Assembly: GCA_964252035.1 (NCBI GenBank)
Contig: OZ176205.1
Source: Podarcis erhardii
Lineage: Eukaryota
Strand: one strand, 5' to 3'
DNA length: 64,000 bases
The position numbers were made by a program, and so were the translations under genes. The notes beneath the pieces were generated by a model. It ran no database searches. It had not been told where the DNA came from and worked only from the letters and a program-made list of their open reading frames with translations. Shown piece after piece: positions 35,800 through 48,005 of the stretch (position 1 is its first letter; each line of letters starts with the position of its first letter).

Positions 35800-36001
35800 G
35801 AGCTCAGTAGACAGAGGGGCGAGATGCTGTTCCCTGTGGAAAGCCCTCCCTTCAGATGTCAAGAAGATAAAGAAGTACAAAACTTTTAGAAGACATCTGA
35901 AGGCAGCCCTGTATTGGGAGGTTTCTAACACTTGATGTTTTTAGATATGCTGTAAGCCACCCAGAGTGGCTGGGGAAACCCAGCCAGATGGGCAGGGAAT
36001 A

Positions 36002-36047
<46 letters not shown>
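35800..36047 (+). mobile_element. L2 LINE 3' end with (AAT)n tail
   Basis: ccttcagatgtcaag...agacatctgaaggcagccctg...cccagccagatggg followed by (aat)n. Confidence 0.75.
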
Positions 36048-36114
36048 GGAACATGATTGGAGCTGCACAGAGAGAGGTAAGAGCTGTTCAGCTCTAGCAT
36101 ATGGATGTCCTTAC

Positions 36115-36162
36115 CTTGGCAGTACTGAGTGTAGAGCTCCATTTTTCATAAGCTTTCAAGAC
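36115..36162 (-). CDS. MUTYH: MUTYH exon
   Basis: VLKAYEKWSSTLSTAK, phase 0/0. Confidence 0.85.
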
Positions 36163-36562
36163 CTGGAAAAGTAGGACAGTCCACATAACACATCTAGCAC
36201 CATAATGAATACATGGTGTTGACTCCATATGAGGGGGCAGGTTGCAACTGTTTACGTACAAAGGCGTTTTTAACGTATCAGCTGCCCCCTGGAACCACTG
36301 ATTGCTTGAGCCAGAAACACAGGGACAGTGTGAAAGAGGAGACAGAGCACACGCAACAAGAGAAGCAGCTAAAAGTGGGCCAAGTGTATCCCTTGCTAGA
36401 AAGCTATGTTCAATCATACTTCCAGCTGCAGTTAACGTTTGCATTTCCCCAGAAGCTGGGGACTAACATTCCACACTGTTGCATCACCTGCATCTCTCAG
36501 GAGAAACTGACATGTGGGTCCATTGGGAAACTTGAAGCAACCAAGCTCTAGATTCTCAGTAC

Positions 36563-36724
36563 CTTCTTCATGGCTGTGGAGATGGCAGAGTTGTGGAATT
36601 CTGTTTCGGTCACCCACCGGGATGCCGACAGCTCCAGCTTCGCATCCCAGTTTCCTTCATCTTTATCCAGATTCAAAGAGTAGATCACGTATGTTTGGCG
36701 GATGTGGGAGAAGATATGGAGAAC
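36563..36724 (-). CDS. MUTYH: MUTYH exon (NUDIX-like C-domain)
   Basis: VLHIFSHIRQTYVIY...RWVTETEFHNSAISTAMKK. Confidence 0.93.
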
Positions 36725-37198
36725 CTGGTGAAGGAGGCGAAGATATGCAGATGTGGTTAGGGAAGGTGAGAGATGCCGTTATGTCACAGCATCCCTTCCC
36801 TCCCTACCTTCTGGCAGGTAAGAAGGACAAGTTCCTTGGGAAGGAAGAAACCCAGCTGCAGCCTCATAGAGGGAGGCTGGGCTTTGCATGGAGACCTGGG
36901 AGCTTCTCCTTCCGAACCTTCATTGTTTCAGAACAAGGAGCTGCAGGTACATAACCTACTTGTATGTGGGAATGAAGACAGGGAAGAAAGCAGAGACTGT
37001 GCTCTAGGACTAGGACAGGGGCGCAGGCCTGGAGGCAGGCTGCAGTGCTCTAGGCTTCTCTTCCCAGTCGCTGAGACTCACACTAGGTTGTGCCTCCTTC
37101 CCATTCCACACCCCTCCCCAGTCAAACTCCTCCAAGTGTTTTTGCCTGGCTGGAATGTGGCCTTGAAGTGCAATAATGCTCTTGGCCTGCCTGGATGA

Positions 37199-37200
<2 letters not shown>

Positions 37201-37244
<44 letters not shown>
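37201..37244 (+). repeat. (GT)n microsatellite
   Basis: Read directly. Confidence 0.95.
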
Positions 37245-37246
<2 letters not shown>

Positions 37247-37867
37247 TAAAACCTGACTTTTGTTTGGCTGGAATGTAGCCTGTTGGCATCCGTCTGTCTC
37301 GGGAGATAATGGAGGAGTGTGCCTTTGGGGGTCAAGAAGTTCACTCCACTTGTCAAGTGATACTCTGAGCTCCAAGCAACCATTGAAGCAGGTGGACAGT
37401 GGGGGGCCACCCTTTATTGACTGGGGCTGCCAAGCTCAAGACGGGCAGTATCTGACTAGAGAGACATGATGATCTCTCCCACCTATGGCATAACTTGAGT
37501 GATAATCTAAAAATAATCTGAGGGCTGAATGGCTGGAAGTGAGATTTAATTCAATCCTGACAAATACTGTTCCAGATATTCATGGGGGCAGTAATTTCAT
37601 TGCCAGCTATTTAACTGCAAAACTTTCCATCTGTCAGTTACAAAATAGAACAACTGTCTTCCCCTTCAAACCAGCTTCATGCATGGCACACATCCTGAAG
37701 GTTTTGTTTGGCAGTTAATAGCAACAGAGATGCTGATGCTAATGCCACCCCAGGTTGTAGGTTGTAAATCCTATGCAAGGGGAGGTGGCGGCGAGAGAGG
37801 AGGTACTCGCTGGAGAGACACAGTATAAACAATGGGCCAATTCTGCAGGGAGAGGGGTCCAATGTAC

Positions 37868-38010
37868 CTCTCCGACATGCTGCAGGCTTCTTGTTGCCAC
37901 GTTACTACCAACCCAGGCTTGGAGGTGATCTGCCAGCGCTGCTTTCTGCCGCTTCTCCTGCCCTGACTCAAGGAGGAGGCTTGGAAACTCCCAAAGCCCT
38001 GCCAACAGAC
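37868..38010 (-). CDS. MUTYH: MUTYH exon
   Basis: GLLAGLWEFPS...LQHVGE. Confidence 0.95.
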
Positions 38011-38931
38011 CTGCAAGAAAATGTACCGTCACCAGCACAAGCTGATATTGTATCGTGGTTAAGAGCCTGAGTTATGAGCTAGAAATCCCTGGTTCACAAA
38101 ATCATCTTGGACATAAAATTTGGTATCCTCTGGCAAAGTTACACATTCTCAGCCATATCTAAAAACCTGCAATAATATGTATCTACTTAATAATGCTGTT
38201 GCAGAGATTCCTGGGATAATGTACACAAAACACCTAGGAAATGCTCTAAATAAATACTGTGTTGTCAATATCATATTTTAAACATAACCACCCTCTATCA
38301 GGCACACATGACATGTATTTAGACAACACTGCTTCCATAGTAAACGAGCAGTGCTCCTAAGGTACATGACTACGTCAGGGTTGAGTGCTCTCTCCCTTGA
38401 CTAGTGCAGGCGAAAGTAATGCCTTAAATAATTCAGCTGGTTTTCTTTTACTTCAACTGTGGCATGAATTTTTTAACAGCTGAAAAAATGCTCAATAACA
38501 GAGACAGGTCTGGGTGCCCAGGGTATCTATCTGTCTATTAAATGTGTATACCACCCTTCATCTGAAAACCACAGGGTGGTTCACAACATAAAAATACAAA
38601 ATGAGAACACAAGATACATAATAAACAAAAACAAACCAATAACCCTCCCTCCCACAATCACATTTTAAAGACCACAGAACCTTAATCAGCCAAAGGCCTG
38701 GTTATATTGAAACGTTTTTGCCTGGCACCTAGTATAGCAGCCTGGAACAGACTGGCAGATAAACTCGACCCTTCTTGCAGGCATCTGTTTTCTGCAACCA
38801 CTAGCTCAACGTCATAATAAATGTGCTCAACATAAAATTGGAATGATCACTGACGTGGGTGGGTTACAGGAGCTGGAGATGTAACAACTTATTTTCTAGG
38901 CATGGTAAGCCTCCCTTTCTCAGACCATTAC

Positions 38932-39126
38932 CTGTGCTAGGTCTCTGCACAATAAGGTACTCTCTTTTCCCATCACTGCACTTTCTCTGTAGCACACATG
39001 TGGCTGTGCACTCAATCCTGGGCTGCTTCTTGCCAGTTTTCCTGGGGAAGTTGGTCACACCAAGGCTGGGATCCCATGGCTCTGAAGGAGGCAGGCAGAG
39101 GGAGCAGCTCCCTGTGGCGGCAGCGG
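38932..39126 (-). CDS. MUTYH: MUTYH exon (interdomain connector, Zn linchpin CSLC)
   Basis: [27 protein letters not shown]...YLIVQRPST. Confidence 0.95.
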
Positions 39127-40351
39127 CTACAAATCAGAAGAATGAAACAGATGAGATGCCTGGCTCTGAACTGCTGGCAACAGGCAACTGTCTGCAAAGC
39201 ATCTTTGTGGGAGATGGCATGTTCTAGGACAGGAAGGCTTGGCTTGCTAATGAAGCCAGAGTTAAACCAATGCTGCCCATTCCATGGTGGCAAAGCTGAC
39301 AAATGTCAATTCACAACCAAACAAGAAACCACTAATCTCACTGCAAATAAATAAATAAATTGCTCAGTGAAGCATGAACTGCACACCTAAACTGAATTTG
39401 AGCCAGTCTAGCCAATAGCTCTATACCAGGGTGGGAAACCTCCAGTCATCCAGGTTTCTCTATTGGACCCTCGGAACTCTCCACAGGTCATGCCTCTCAT
39501 GGCTCCTCAAGTGTCTCAGCCTGGCAGGAATGTTCCCTAAACTGTGATAATACATTTTGCTTGCCTGGCTGAAGGATAGAGACGTTTGTGTTGCCCGTTA
39601 CAGAACGTAGCACTTGGGGTGAAAAAATGTTTCCCGCCTCTGATCTATCTATAGACTCTATGCAATCACACGCGTGAAAGAGATCAATGTGTAGCCATTT
39701 ACTAGCTTCTCATAGATAAACCTACACAATTAAAACAATAAATTACCAGAAGCAGAGAGCAACTATGGTACAAAAAATTACCTGCAGGGGAAATAAGATA
39801 CTTCAGAGGAAGGATCCAGTGCTCCTTTGCTTCTCTACCAGAGAGCTTTTAGGGACAGACATGTTTAAAAGTGAAATTTTGCCATGCATTTGCCATAAGC
39901 CTAAGGCAGCATACAAATACAAGCATAAAATACACCAGATTGATAATTAAAATGCAATTAACATATTAAGGGTGGGTTTGTTTGTTTGCATTTTAATAAT
40001 TATTTTTATGGAACCTCATCAAAAACCATTCATCACAGCAACTCTCATAAACCATCACAAAAGCCTGCTCAAATAAAAAGGCCACATGTTGCTCCTTAAA
40101 AATGGAGCTGGATTTAGTATGTTTCGTTTTTTGGTGGGGTGTGGGGGGGGGGCTTAATTTGCTGGCTACAGAAGTTGGCTGTGGTTCTTCCCCCTCCTTC
40201 TTGCATCTACTACCCTGAATAAAGAAGGGCTGCTGGTGGAATTGGGAAGAGAAGGTAGAGATTTGCTGGAGGTCGAGATCTGAGAGCTTTCCCACCTTGT
40301 AAAAACTTCAAACCACCAACCTGGTAATGCCAGGTCTTCTCAAGCGCTTAC

Positions 40352-40439
40352 CACATTCTTCTACATCCAGCACCTGGGGGCACTTAGAAGCAGGTTTTCC
40401 TAACAGTTTCTTGGCAGAGGCTGCCTGCTCTTTTTCCAC
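40352..40439 (-). CDS. MUTYH: MUTYH exon
   Basis: VEKEQAASAKKLLGKPASKCPQVLDVEEC. Confidence 0.92.
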
Positions 40440-41104
40440 CTGCAAGAAAAGGTTCCAACCATCAGTGAACAGAGAGGTGGGGGACTGTGCAAGTACCTGA
40501 GGCTTCTTCTAGAACTTCCATGTCCTCAGTCTTAACTTCAAGCTATATGCTGACATTAGCCATGATTCCAAAGTTGAGACCAAACCCAAGGGCAGAATAG
40601 GATGCACATCTGTGTTGTATATGCAACATTTTTAAAAAGAGATGAAGTGGGCCTGGTTATGTGAAATGAATTATTTAGAATATTTAGAATTTAGAATATG
40701 ATTTAGAATAATATGATTTAGAATAATTTAGAATATGATTAACTGAAGACATTATAACGAAGCATTAATAGGTGTCTTTGTTAGACTGTATTTCTGGTCA
40801 GGAGGAAATCCAACCATATGAAATTGAACGAACTCCGAGGGAATTTATGTGCATGGCAGCATTCCTAAACACACTTACTAGGGAGTAAGCACCACTGAAC
40901 AAAGTACTTCTGAGCAGACATGCAGGTAGACATGCAGAACCCCCATACAATGTCTGTGTGGTATGTGTACAAGGAGTGTTAAATTGTTCAGGGAGCTTTG
41001 CAGGAAATGGCTCTTCTTTCCCAACAGATAATAATAATCTGACTCCACAGCAAAACACCAGAGCATGGGGAACAGCAAAGGGTATAAAGGAGGAGCTCCC
41101 TTAC

Positions 41105-41249
41105 TTTGTGGTGTGCTCTGCAGTGCTGCTTCACGGGACACTCCATGCACCGTGGGGCCTTGGGAGTGCACACAGTTGCCCCCAATTCCATCATCGCTTG
41201 GTTAAAGTCACCGGGATAGGATGGGTCCACCAGAGTGTGTGCTAAAGCC
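41105..41249 (-). CDS. MUTYH: MUTYH exon with [4Fe-4S] motif
   Basis: [32 protein letters not shown] = C-X6-C-X2-C-X5-C; 145 nt. Confidence 0.96.
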
Positions 41250-41994
41250 CTAAGAACGACAGCAGCCTACATTAGCAAGCATAACAAGTCTTTCTAAAGC
41301 AGCAGCCTCAAAAAAGAACAACACCTGAGCTTTCTCGACCTACAACCGCATTGATGGGAGAGAGCTGAGAGTGAAAAAAAGAGACAGAGAGAGGTGCTAG
41401 TTTTGCACAAAAACTGCCCTGGGGCTGCCAGCTGCTGCTCTGTGCTGTAGGGAAGTATTTCTTGGGGAGGTGGCTACCTACTCCCTAATTTTAGAGGGGG
41501 CTTTAGAAACCAGCATTCTGTAAAAGTTCAGCAATCAGTAATGGGGAGTTTCCAAAAGATAAAGAGCAGCATTTCTAAATTCTCTGCCCTCTTTCACTCT
41601 TCACAGCACCTAGCTCTTCCGCCTGAGCCAACGAACATTTAGTTAGGACTGCCATTGATTTGAATGGAATTTTCTTACATGTGAAGGACTATTCACGCCT
41701 ACTTCTCTGGGTGTGTGTACAGCTCCTGGTTTGCTGATTGAACTGCTAATTCACTATATTTTTGACCTTAAGAGTTCAAACTCAGCAAGGGGAGACCAAC
41801 TGCAAGTCCACTATATGCAATTAGGGACTGACTGTGAAGAGCTTAGATTTTGCCAGGACGTGTTGTCCCCAGTTTGGATATCTGATGGGGAAGAAGGAAC
41901 AAAATACTTTTATCTTCCAAAAGCTATTGTCCTTTCCTGACTCTCAGGTCCTAAAGCTAGGTTTGCACCATCCCAACCCCATTCCTTCCCTTAC

Positions 41995-42092
41995 CAGAGT
42001 CTGTCAGCAACAGATGAATTGGAAGGGGCAGCACCAATGGCTCGTGTACGGCACAAGACCCGAATTACGTTCCCATCCACCACACCGGTCAC
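41995..42092 (-). CDS. MUTYH: MUTYH exon (catalytic Asp, VVDGNV)
   Basis: [20 protein letters not shown]; 98 nt. Confidence 0.96.
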
Positions 42093-42855
42093 CTGGATGC
42101 ATTGGACAAAACAGCAACCCAGCTGTTACTGCACTTGTGACAACTTCTGCTCCAGCCTCCATTAAGGGCTGCTGACAGAGCTACTGAAGAGCCCAACTAG
42201 GCCACAGAGGGCCCTCTGCCTGCTTCAAATTCACTCTGTGAATCCATGGAAAGTTGAGATTACGTAGTGGTTAGGATATCAAGTATGGTTCAGGAAGTCT
42301 TTGGTTTGAAGCAGAGTGCACAGAGGTACAAGTCATTGTTTAGTGGCTTAGATAGTAATGTCTAGTGACTATATTAAATTCTGTATTAATATCTGTTTCT
42401 TTTGCCAGACACCACCTCTGTATGGTTTGTGTTTGTATTGTACAAAAGGAAGTTACTCTTTAGGACTGATGACCAAGACTAGCCACAATTTAGTCTTTCT
42501 TCCAGTCACAGGGTTAGAAAAGTATCGATACTCTTTCTTTTCATTTATACAGGTTATGAAGTCATGCCATACAGTGCAGAAATCTAAATTACACACTACT
42601 TCCTTGGCTGAGATCTTCCTATTTGTTCCTACTTGTTCTAGCTCTAACAGTGAGGGAATTAGTAGCCAATTCACTGTTTTTAGGGGCATCAAGGGAAACA
42701 CAGGAGTGAACAACAGCTGCAAAGGGAAAGGAGATAAGAAAATGTCTAGCCCTCTAGATTGACTAAGGACTTAGAATCCCAAAGCCAGGTTGGGTAATAT
42801 TCCTTTGTGCATATTCCTAAAGCAAATCTGCCCACTCAGACTGCAACCTCATTAC

Positions 42856-42969
42856 CTGACCAAACGCTATGGATGCAATAGCTCCTGCAGTGTACTTTCC
42901 AACTCCCGGCAACTGCTTCTGCAGCTCTTCTGCTGTCCTGGGCATATGTCCTTCCATCTGTGACACCAA
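42856..42969 (-). CDS. MUTYH: MUTYH exon (HhH motif)
   Basis: [30 protein letters not shown]; 114 nt. Confidence 0.96.
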
Positions 42970-43811
42970 CTGCAAAATAAACCCAGTTGAAGCAACACAG
43001 GGACATCGTCACTCAAAAGCACCACCTCTGGTGGTTCTTAGGCACACCGTTAAAACTTCCAACATCCCTTTAAGGTGTCATGATCCTGGAGTCAGATTCC
43101 CCTTCTTCAGGGGATGAGGTTGAAGACTCTGAAGCAGGAGGGGAAAGGGAATGGAGGGCCAGCCCCAGAAGTAATTCTATCTGATGAGCCTGTGAGGGCA
43201 GTGTTCCTCCAGCCAGAGGATGTGGCACTGCTGTCCTTGGAAGAAACTATTGCAGAACATTCCTAGCCCCCTGCTCTATTGCAATAGGAGTAGGTTGGCT
43301 TTCACTGAAGAAGCACTTGCCTTTGCAGATGGGGCTAACAATTGGGATGGCCTTGCTGCCACTATATAGGGTTCAGTGACTGCAACAGTATCAGAGCTCC
43401 GTGTTTCTATAGCACAACCTGAGCAGCTCATTAAGAAGGTGACCTTTCTGGTGATAAGATATCATGAGATGAAAATACTGCCCATTGCCTCTTGGAGGAA
43501 GGGTGGGATACAAACATGAGGGGATTTTGGATATACATTTCCTACAAACTATGCCCTCAGTTTTAGGAAGCTACTCAGCTCAAGAGTAAACCATTTGGGG
43601 TTCCCACCTTGCCATCTAATAACACTTTGCTATTCCTACCTGAACTCCCAATTAGACTAGTTAGTACAATAGCTACAGTAGCTAGTTATCTTGCACCTGG
43701 TTCTTTCTTAAGTGGCTATTAGAAAATCTTCCTTTCTGTAAGCACAGGACATAGAGGGAACTATCTTCTTGCAAAAATGCCTTGTTTCTTGACCCACTGC
43801 CTATAGAGTAC

Positions 43812-43883
43812 CTTATGTGCACCTTCCTGGAGTCGCTTCCCTCGGGAATAGTAGCCAAGCCCTGCCCATAGCTCATTCACCTC
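43812..43883 (-). CDS. MUTYH: MUTYH exon
   Basis: [24 protein letters not shown]; 72 nt. Confidence 0.96.
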
Positions 43884-44117
43884 CTATTTCCAAATAGAAA
43901 GAGTTAGAAAAAAATATTAGACCAGACCAATAATGAATGCTTTTGCTTAGTGTATTTTTTTTGCTATTTCATTTTTGTGGATTTTTTGGGTATTTCTGTA
44001 TTTTAAAAAAAAATGTATTTAAATCCTTTTTTTAAAGTGGGGTGGACAGCAAAGCTGCATGTTCCATTCAAATATTCATGCATGAACACACACAAAATAT
44101 TGCATTCTCATTCTTAC

Positions 44118-44159
44118 CTCTAGTGAAGCCTGAGCCAGGTCCTGCAAGGTTGGCCATTT
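44118..44159 (-). CDS. MUTYH: MUTYH exon
   Basis: [14 protein letters not shown]; 42 nt. Confidence 0.95.
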
Positions 44160-44285
44160 CTGTATCAAAAAGGAAAACAGGGACTTATTTACAAGGTCTC
44201 CAAAGCACAATGGATCCAAGATCCAGAATTCAGGAGCTAATGCACAACAGAGCATGCCACAGAGAGAAAAGGATCTCAGCATCAC

Positions 44286-44359
44286 CTGCATCCAGCGATT
44301 GTAGTAGTTGATCACTGAAGCCACCTGGGTCTGCTGGAGCATTATCTCCGATACCCACA
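44286..44359 (-). CDS. MUTYH: MUTYH exon (catalytic Glu)
   Basis: [25 protein letters not shown]; 74 nt. Confidence 0.96.
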
Positions 44360-44451
44360 CTGCAGGCACAAAGATAAAGCATGTGCATCAGGCATTCTGA
44401 TACCTTCCTTGTTCTGCATGGCAAGTGGGAGGGGATGTGCTGCTCAATATA

Positions 44452-45010
44452 CCGTATTTTTTGTCCCATAGGGTGCACTGGCCCATAGGATGCACGGAGT
44501 GTTGTTTTTTGGGGGGGGAAATAAAGAAAAAAAAATTATTTCCCCCCCCAGGCGTGGGGCTGGAGCGGGGGAAGCCCGAGCTTCCCCTGACCCCAGCCTC
44601 CAGAACAGGCAGCTCTCTGCAAGCCTTGGGAGACTAGCGCAACTTCCCACCGGGCTCCCACGGCTTGCGGATATCTGCCTGAAGCCCAAACCAGGTCGGG
44701 GAACAGCGGGATGGCGGCGCTCCGCCTCCCCGCTGTCCCCCAAGCTTGTGGGGCTGACGGCAGGGAGAAGTGCACTTCTCCCCGCCGCAAGCCTCCAAAC
44801 CAGGTCGGGGAACCGAACCCCAGGGTGCGCTGTGCAGGCTTCGGGATGCAGGCTGCTATCCGCAAGTCTAGGGAGCCCGACGGGAACTCCCGCGGGCTCC
44901 CAAGGCTTGCGGAGAGCTTCCTGAAGCCTGCATTCGCCCCATAGGATGCACACACATTTCCCCTTTTTTTTGGAGGGGGAAAAGTGCGTCCTATAGGGCG
45001 AAAAATACAG
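44452..45010. mobile_element. Tc2/mariner-like MITE with GC-rich interior in a MUTYH intron
   Basis: TIRs ccgtatttt...ataggatgcac / gtgcgtcctatag...aaaatacag, TA TSD. Confidence 0.8.
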
Positions 45011-45373
45011 TACTTTAAAGGCAATTGTAAGAGGTTAAGCAACCTTTTTATATCCCAGGGGGACTGTTTAGCTGGAGATAACTAGTTCTGCATGCGGTTC
45101 TATCTTGCCCCTTAAATATTACACTGCTGCCAAAAGTCAAGTGCCATGATCTGACTAGGGGATCTCTAGCAACGCAGAACACCAATGTCCTTAATTGGAC
45201 TAAGGAGCCACAATTCAAAGTATTTTTCTCAGCAGTAAAACTGATACCACCACATTGCTGCTACCACTAGGACAGTGTTGTGTGCAGCCTGCGGCATTTA
45301 TCTCTAGAGCACCCCTGAATGCAGATAGATGGCAGGAATCCCCAGCAGAATTCCTGAGGGTTCCTGCTCTCAC

Positions 45374-45413
45374 CAGCATATGCTCGTCTGTCAGCATCCT
45401 CTTCACTTGCAGC
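45374..45413 (-). CDS. MUTYH: MUTYH exon
   Basis: AASEEDADRRAYA; 40 nt. Confidence 0.94.
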
Positions 45414-45523
45414 CTGTAGAAAAGTGAACAGGGGACTTTAGGGAACAGGACACAGCAAAGCAATTGTCTCTCTCTTCTGAGATATTTCTGTGCATCCTAG
45501 AAGCCCAGCACAATATGCCATAC

Positions 45524-45645
45524 CAATTTCCTCCAAGGAAGATCTCGTTTGCATTTGTTGTACCAGGTGAGCAGCCTCTTCCGAAACTCTTTGATTTCAG
45601 CCGCATTGCTGAAGGTGTGGAATGGAGACTCTTGGCTGGGAACTC
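45524..45645 (-). CDS. MUTYH: MUTYH exon
   Basis: VPSQESPFHTF...FRKRLLTWYNKCKRDLPWRKL; acceptor ctttgttgcag chosen (5' edge less certain). Confidence 0.88.
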
Positions 45646-45887
45646 CTGCAACAAAGAGAGGCCAGTTACAATTTTTGCAGTGGCAATTTCTATCGGGTTG
45701 TACAAATATACACGGCAGTTGATAAACCTGCGCTGGGCCAGAGGGGAATATGTATTTGATAGACAGTTGAAGAACAGCAGCCCTACTGGCATACCCCTCT
45801 ACAAATATTTCCCAAAGATCTGCTCTTTCTGTTAACCTCAAAAACAGAAGTCCTCAGCAGATATCTCCTTTGTCCATGTCATTCTTC

Positions 45888-46260
45888 CAGGGCTGGGGGA
45901 ACCTTTTTCAGCCCCAGGGCCACATTCCCTTCTGAGTGACCTTCTTGGGGCCACATGCCAATGGTGGGCAGGGCTGGAGACAAATGTGGGTAGAGAGCAA
46001 TGAATGTGGATTTTTACTTTTGTGTAGTAGGCTACTTTCTTACGCAATCAAGCATTCTATGTTCCATCCAACTCAAGCAAGAAGCATTTCCCCAGAGTTC
46101 AAGGACACATTCTAGCCAGCAAAAACACTTAAGGAGGATGCAAAGCAGGGCTAATGAGCAGCGGGGCTCTGGAAGTTGTGTGGCCTGGGGAGGGTCCTAT
46201 GGGCTAGATAGATTCTTGGAGGATCATACTAGACCCCAGCCTGGATGTTCCACATCCCTG
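45888..46260. mobile_element. hAT-like non-autonomous element; related fragment at about 48570-48720
   Basis: cagggctgggggaac...gttccacatccctg ends; shared gggcagagagcaatgaat...gtaggcta core. Confidence 0.5.
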
Positions 46261-46756
46261 TATCACACAAATTCAAAGCAGGAAGATGAGCCCCTATGAT
46301 GGCAAACTAGACAACAAGCACCGTGTCTGCTTATGTCACACTATTCTAAAACAGAATACTTTTCTGACTCTACAAGTTTCAATTCAATTTCTTTTTTTTA
46401 AAAAAGTCACCAAATAAATTTGGGTCGAAGAATGTTACAAGAACGGAGGCAAGGAAGGTACAAATTTTCAGGTTTTGTGTTGTTGGCCAAGCAACGCTAA
46501 ACATTTTCTAATTCCTTCATAAGGAAAACTCCATCTATCCCAAAGCCAGTTTGTGGAATCAGTGATGCATTAAATCTGAGATATTTGTAACTTCAGCTTC
46601 TGATTCAGTCTTTGAATGCATAGCGAGCTAAAATGTTGAGGGGAGTTCAATAGCTGTTACCACAAAATAAGTGATCCTGAAAAGAGGTTCAAACAATTCT
46701 TTTCAATTTTCTTTCATCCTACACTGATGAAAAAAATATTTTTGTAACTCAAGCAC

Positions 46757-46865
46757 CTTTGCATAGTGTGGTATTTCCTTCACATTTTTTCAGCGATTTC
46801 TGTTGTTTCCCAGTGTTCCTTTGTATTCCTAGCTTGCTGCGTGTTGCCAACTGGAGTTTGCTCAT
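46757..46865 (-). CDS. MUTYH: Adenine DNA glycosylase MUTYH first coding exon; 15 coding exons total 1569 nt, 522 aa
   Basis: ttttctag|gctggcaATG MSKLQLATRSK...; phase-1 donor joins the next exon in frame; position matches human MRKPR exon. Confidence 0.8.
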
Positions 46866-47148
46866 TGCCAGCCTAGAAAAAAAATGTACCACTGTCAAAT
46901 TATATTTCTCTTCACCATGTCCAGATCCAAAATTAGCAATATGTGCAACACTCTATACTGTATACAGTACCCTGTATTCCATCAAGGTGGTAAGATGTGA
47001 ATAAGAACTATGAATATAAATGCTGACAATATGGATAGACAGAACTATAGGGCAACTGAAGAGTGATATAAGAGGCCTGCCTTTATTACTCCTTAATAGA
47101 TGTAGTCTACATATACAAGAATAGACAGATAATGAATCCTGAGTTTCT

Positions 47149-47149
<1 letters not shown>

Positions 47150-47192
<43 letters not shown>

Positions 47193-47590
47193 TTATTATT
47201 TATACCCCGCCCATCTGGCTGGGCCTCCCCAGCCACTCTGGGCGGCTTCCATAAAAACCAAAAATACAGTAAGATATCACACGTTAAAAACTTCCCTGAA
47301 CAGGGCTGCCTTAAGATGTCTTCTGAATGTCAAGTAGTTGTTTATCGCTTTGACATCTGCTGGAAGGGCGTTCCACAGGGCGGGCGCCACTACCGAGAAG
47401 GCCCTCTGCCTGGTTCCCTGTAGCTTTGCTTCTCGCAATGAGGGAACCGCCAGAAGGCCCTTGGCGCTGGACCTCAGCGTCCGGGCAGAATGATGGGGGT
47501 GGAGACGCTCCTTCAGGTATACTGGACCGAGGCCGTTTAGGGCTTTAAAGGTCAGCACCAACACTTTGAATTGTGCTCGGAAACGTACTG
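47150..47590 (-). mobile_element. L2 LINE 3' fragment (RT C-terminus) with (AAT)n tail
   Basis: FRAQFKVLVLTFKALNGLGPVYLKERL...RAFSVVAPALWNALP; typical L2 ORF2 end. Confidence 0.88.
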
Positions 47591-47610
47591 TAATAGATTG
47601 CATCACTTTA

Positions 47611-47662
47611 GATATCTATCTATCTATCTATCTATCTATCATCTATCTATCATCTATCTATC
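47611..47662 (+). repeat. (TATC)n microsatellite
   Basis: Read directly. Confidence 0.9.
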
Positions 47663-48005
47663 TAAATCTCCTATGCAAAACTCTTTGAAAGTACAAAATT
47701 TAACACATCAGAAAGAAAAGTTCTACACGGGTCACTCCCTTGTTGTGCTAGTTTTCTATCTGCAGGAAGCTCCCAGCTCCCCAATAGGGGAGAAATGCGG
47801 GTCCTTCATCCGTAGCCTGAACTGGTATGGTACATTCTACCACCTCAAGTTTCTGTAACCTCATCCGCTGCGTGTGTAGTAAAACCAAAGGGCTCGGCTC
47901 CCCATATCACATGCACGAAGGAATATGCACACTAGGGAGTGTTCTATGCACTTTCACACTCAGGACGGTGTTATTAGAGAGACAGGCCACGAGTAACATC
48001 CCTAC

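Noticed and set aside
40670-40740. Degenerate atttagaat tandem array, plus 12-22 bp local duplications (about 505, 20870, 21007, 50470)
   Set aside because: Ordinary slippage products; no spacers, so not CRISPR-like
44444-45042. Cluster of 144-169 aa ORFs on both strands
   Set aside because: All lie within a TIR-bounded GC-rich MITE in a MUTYH intron
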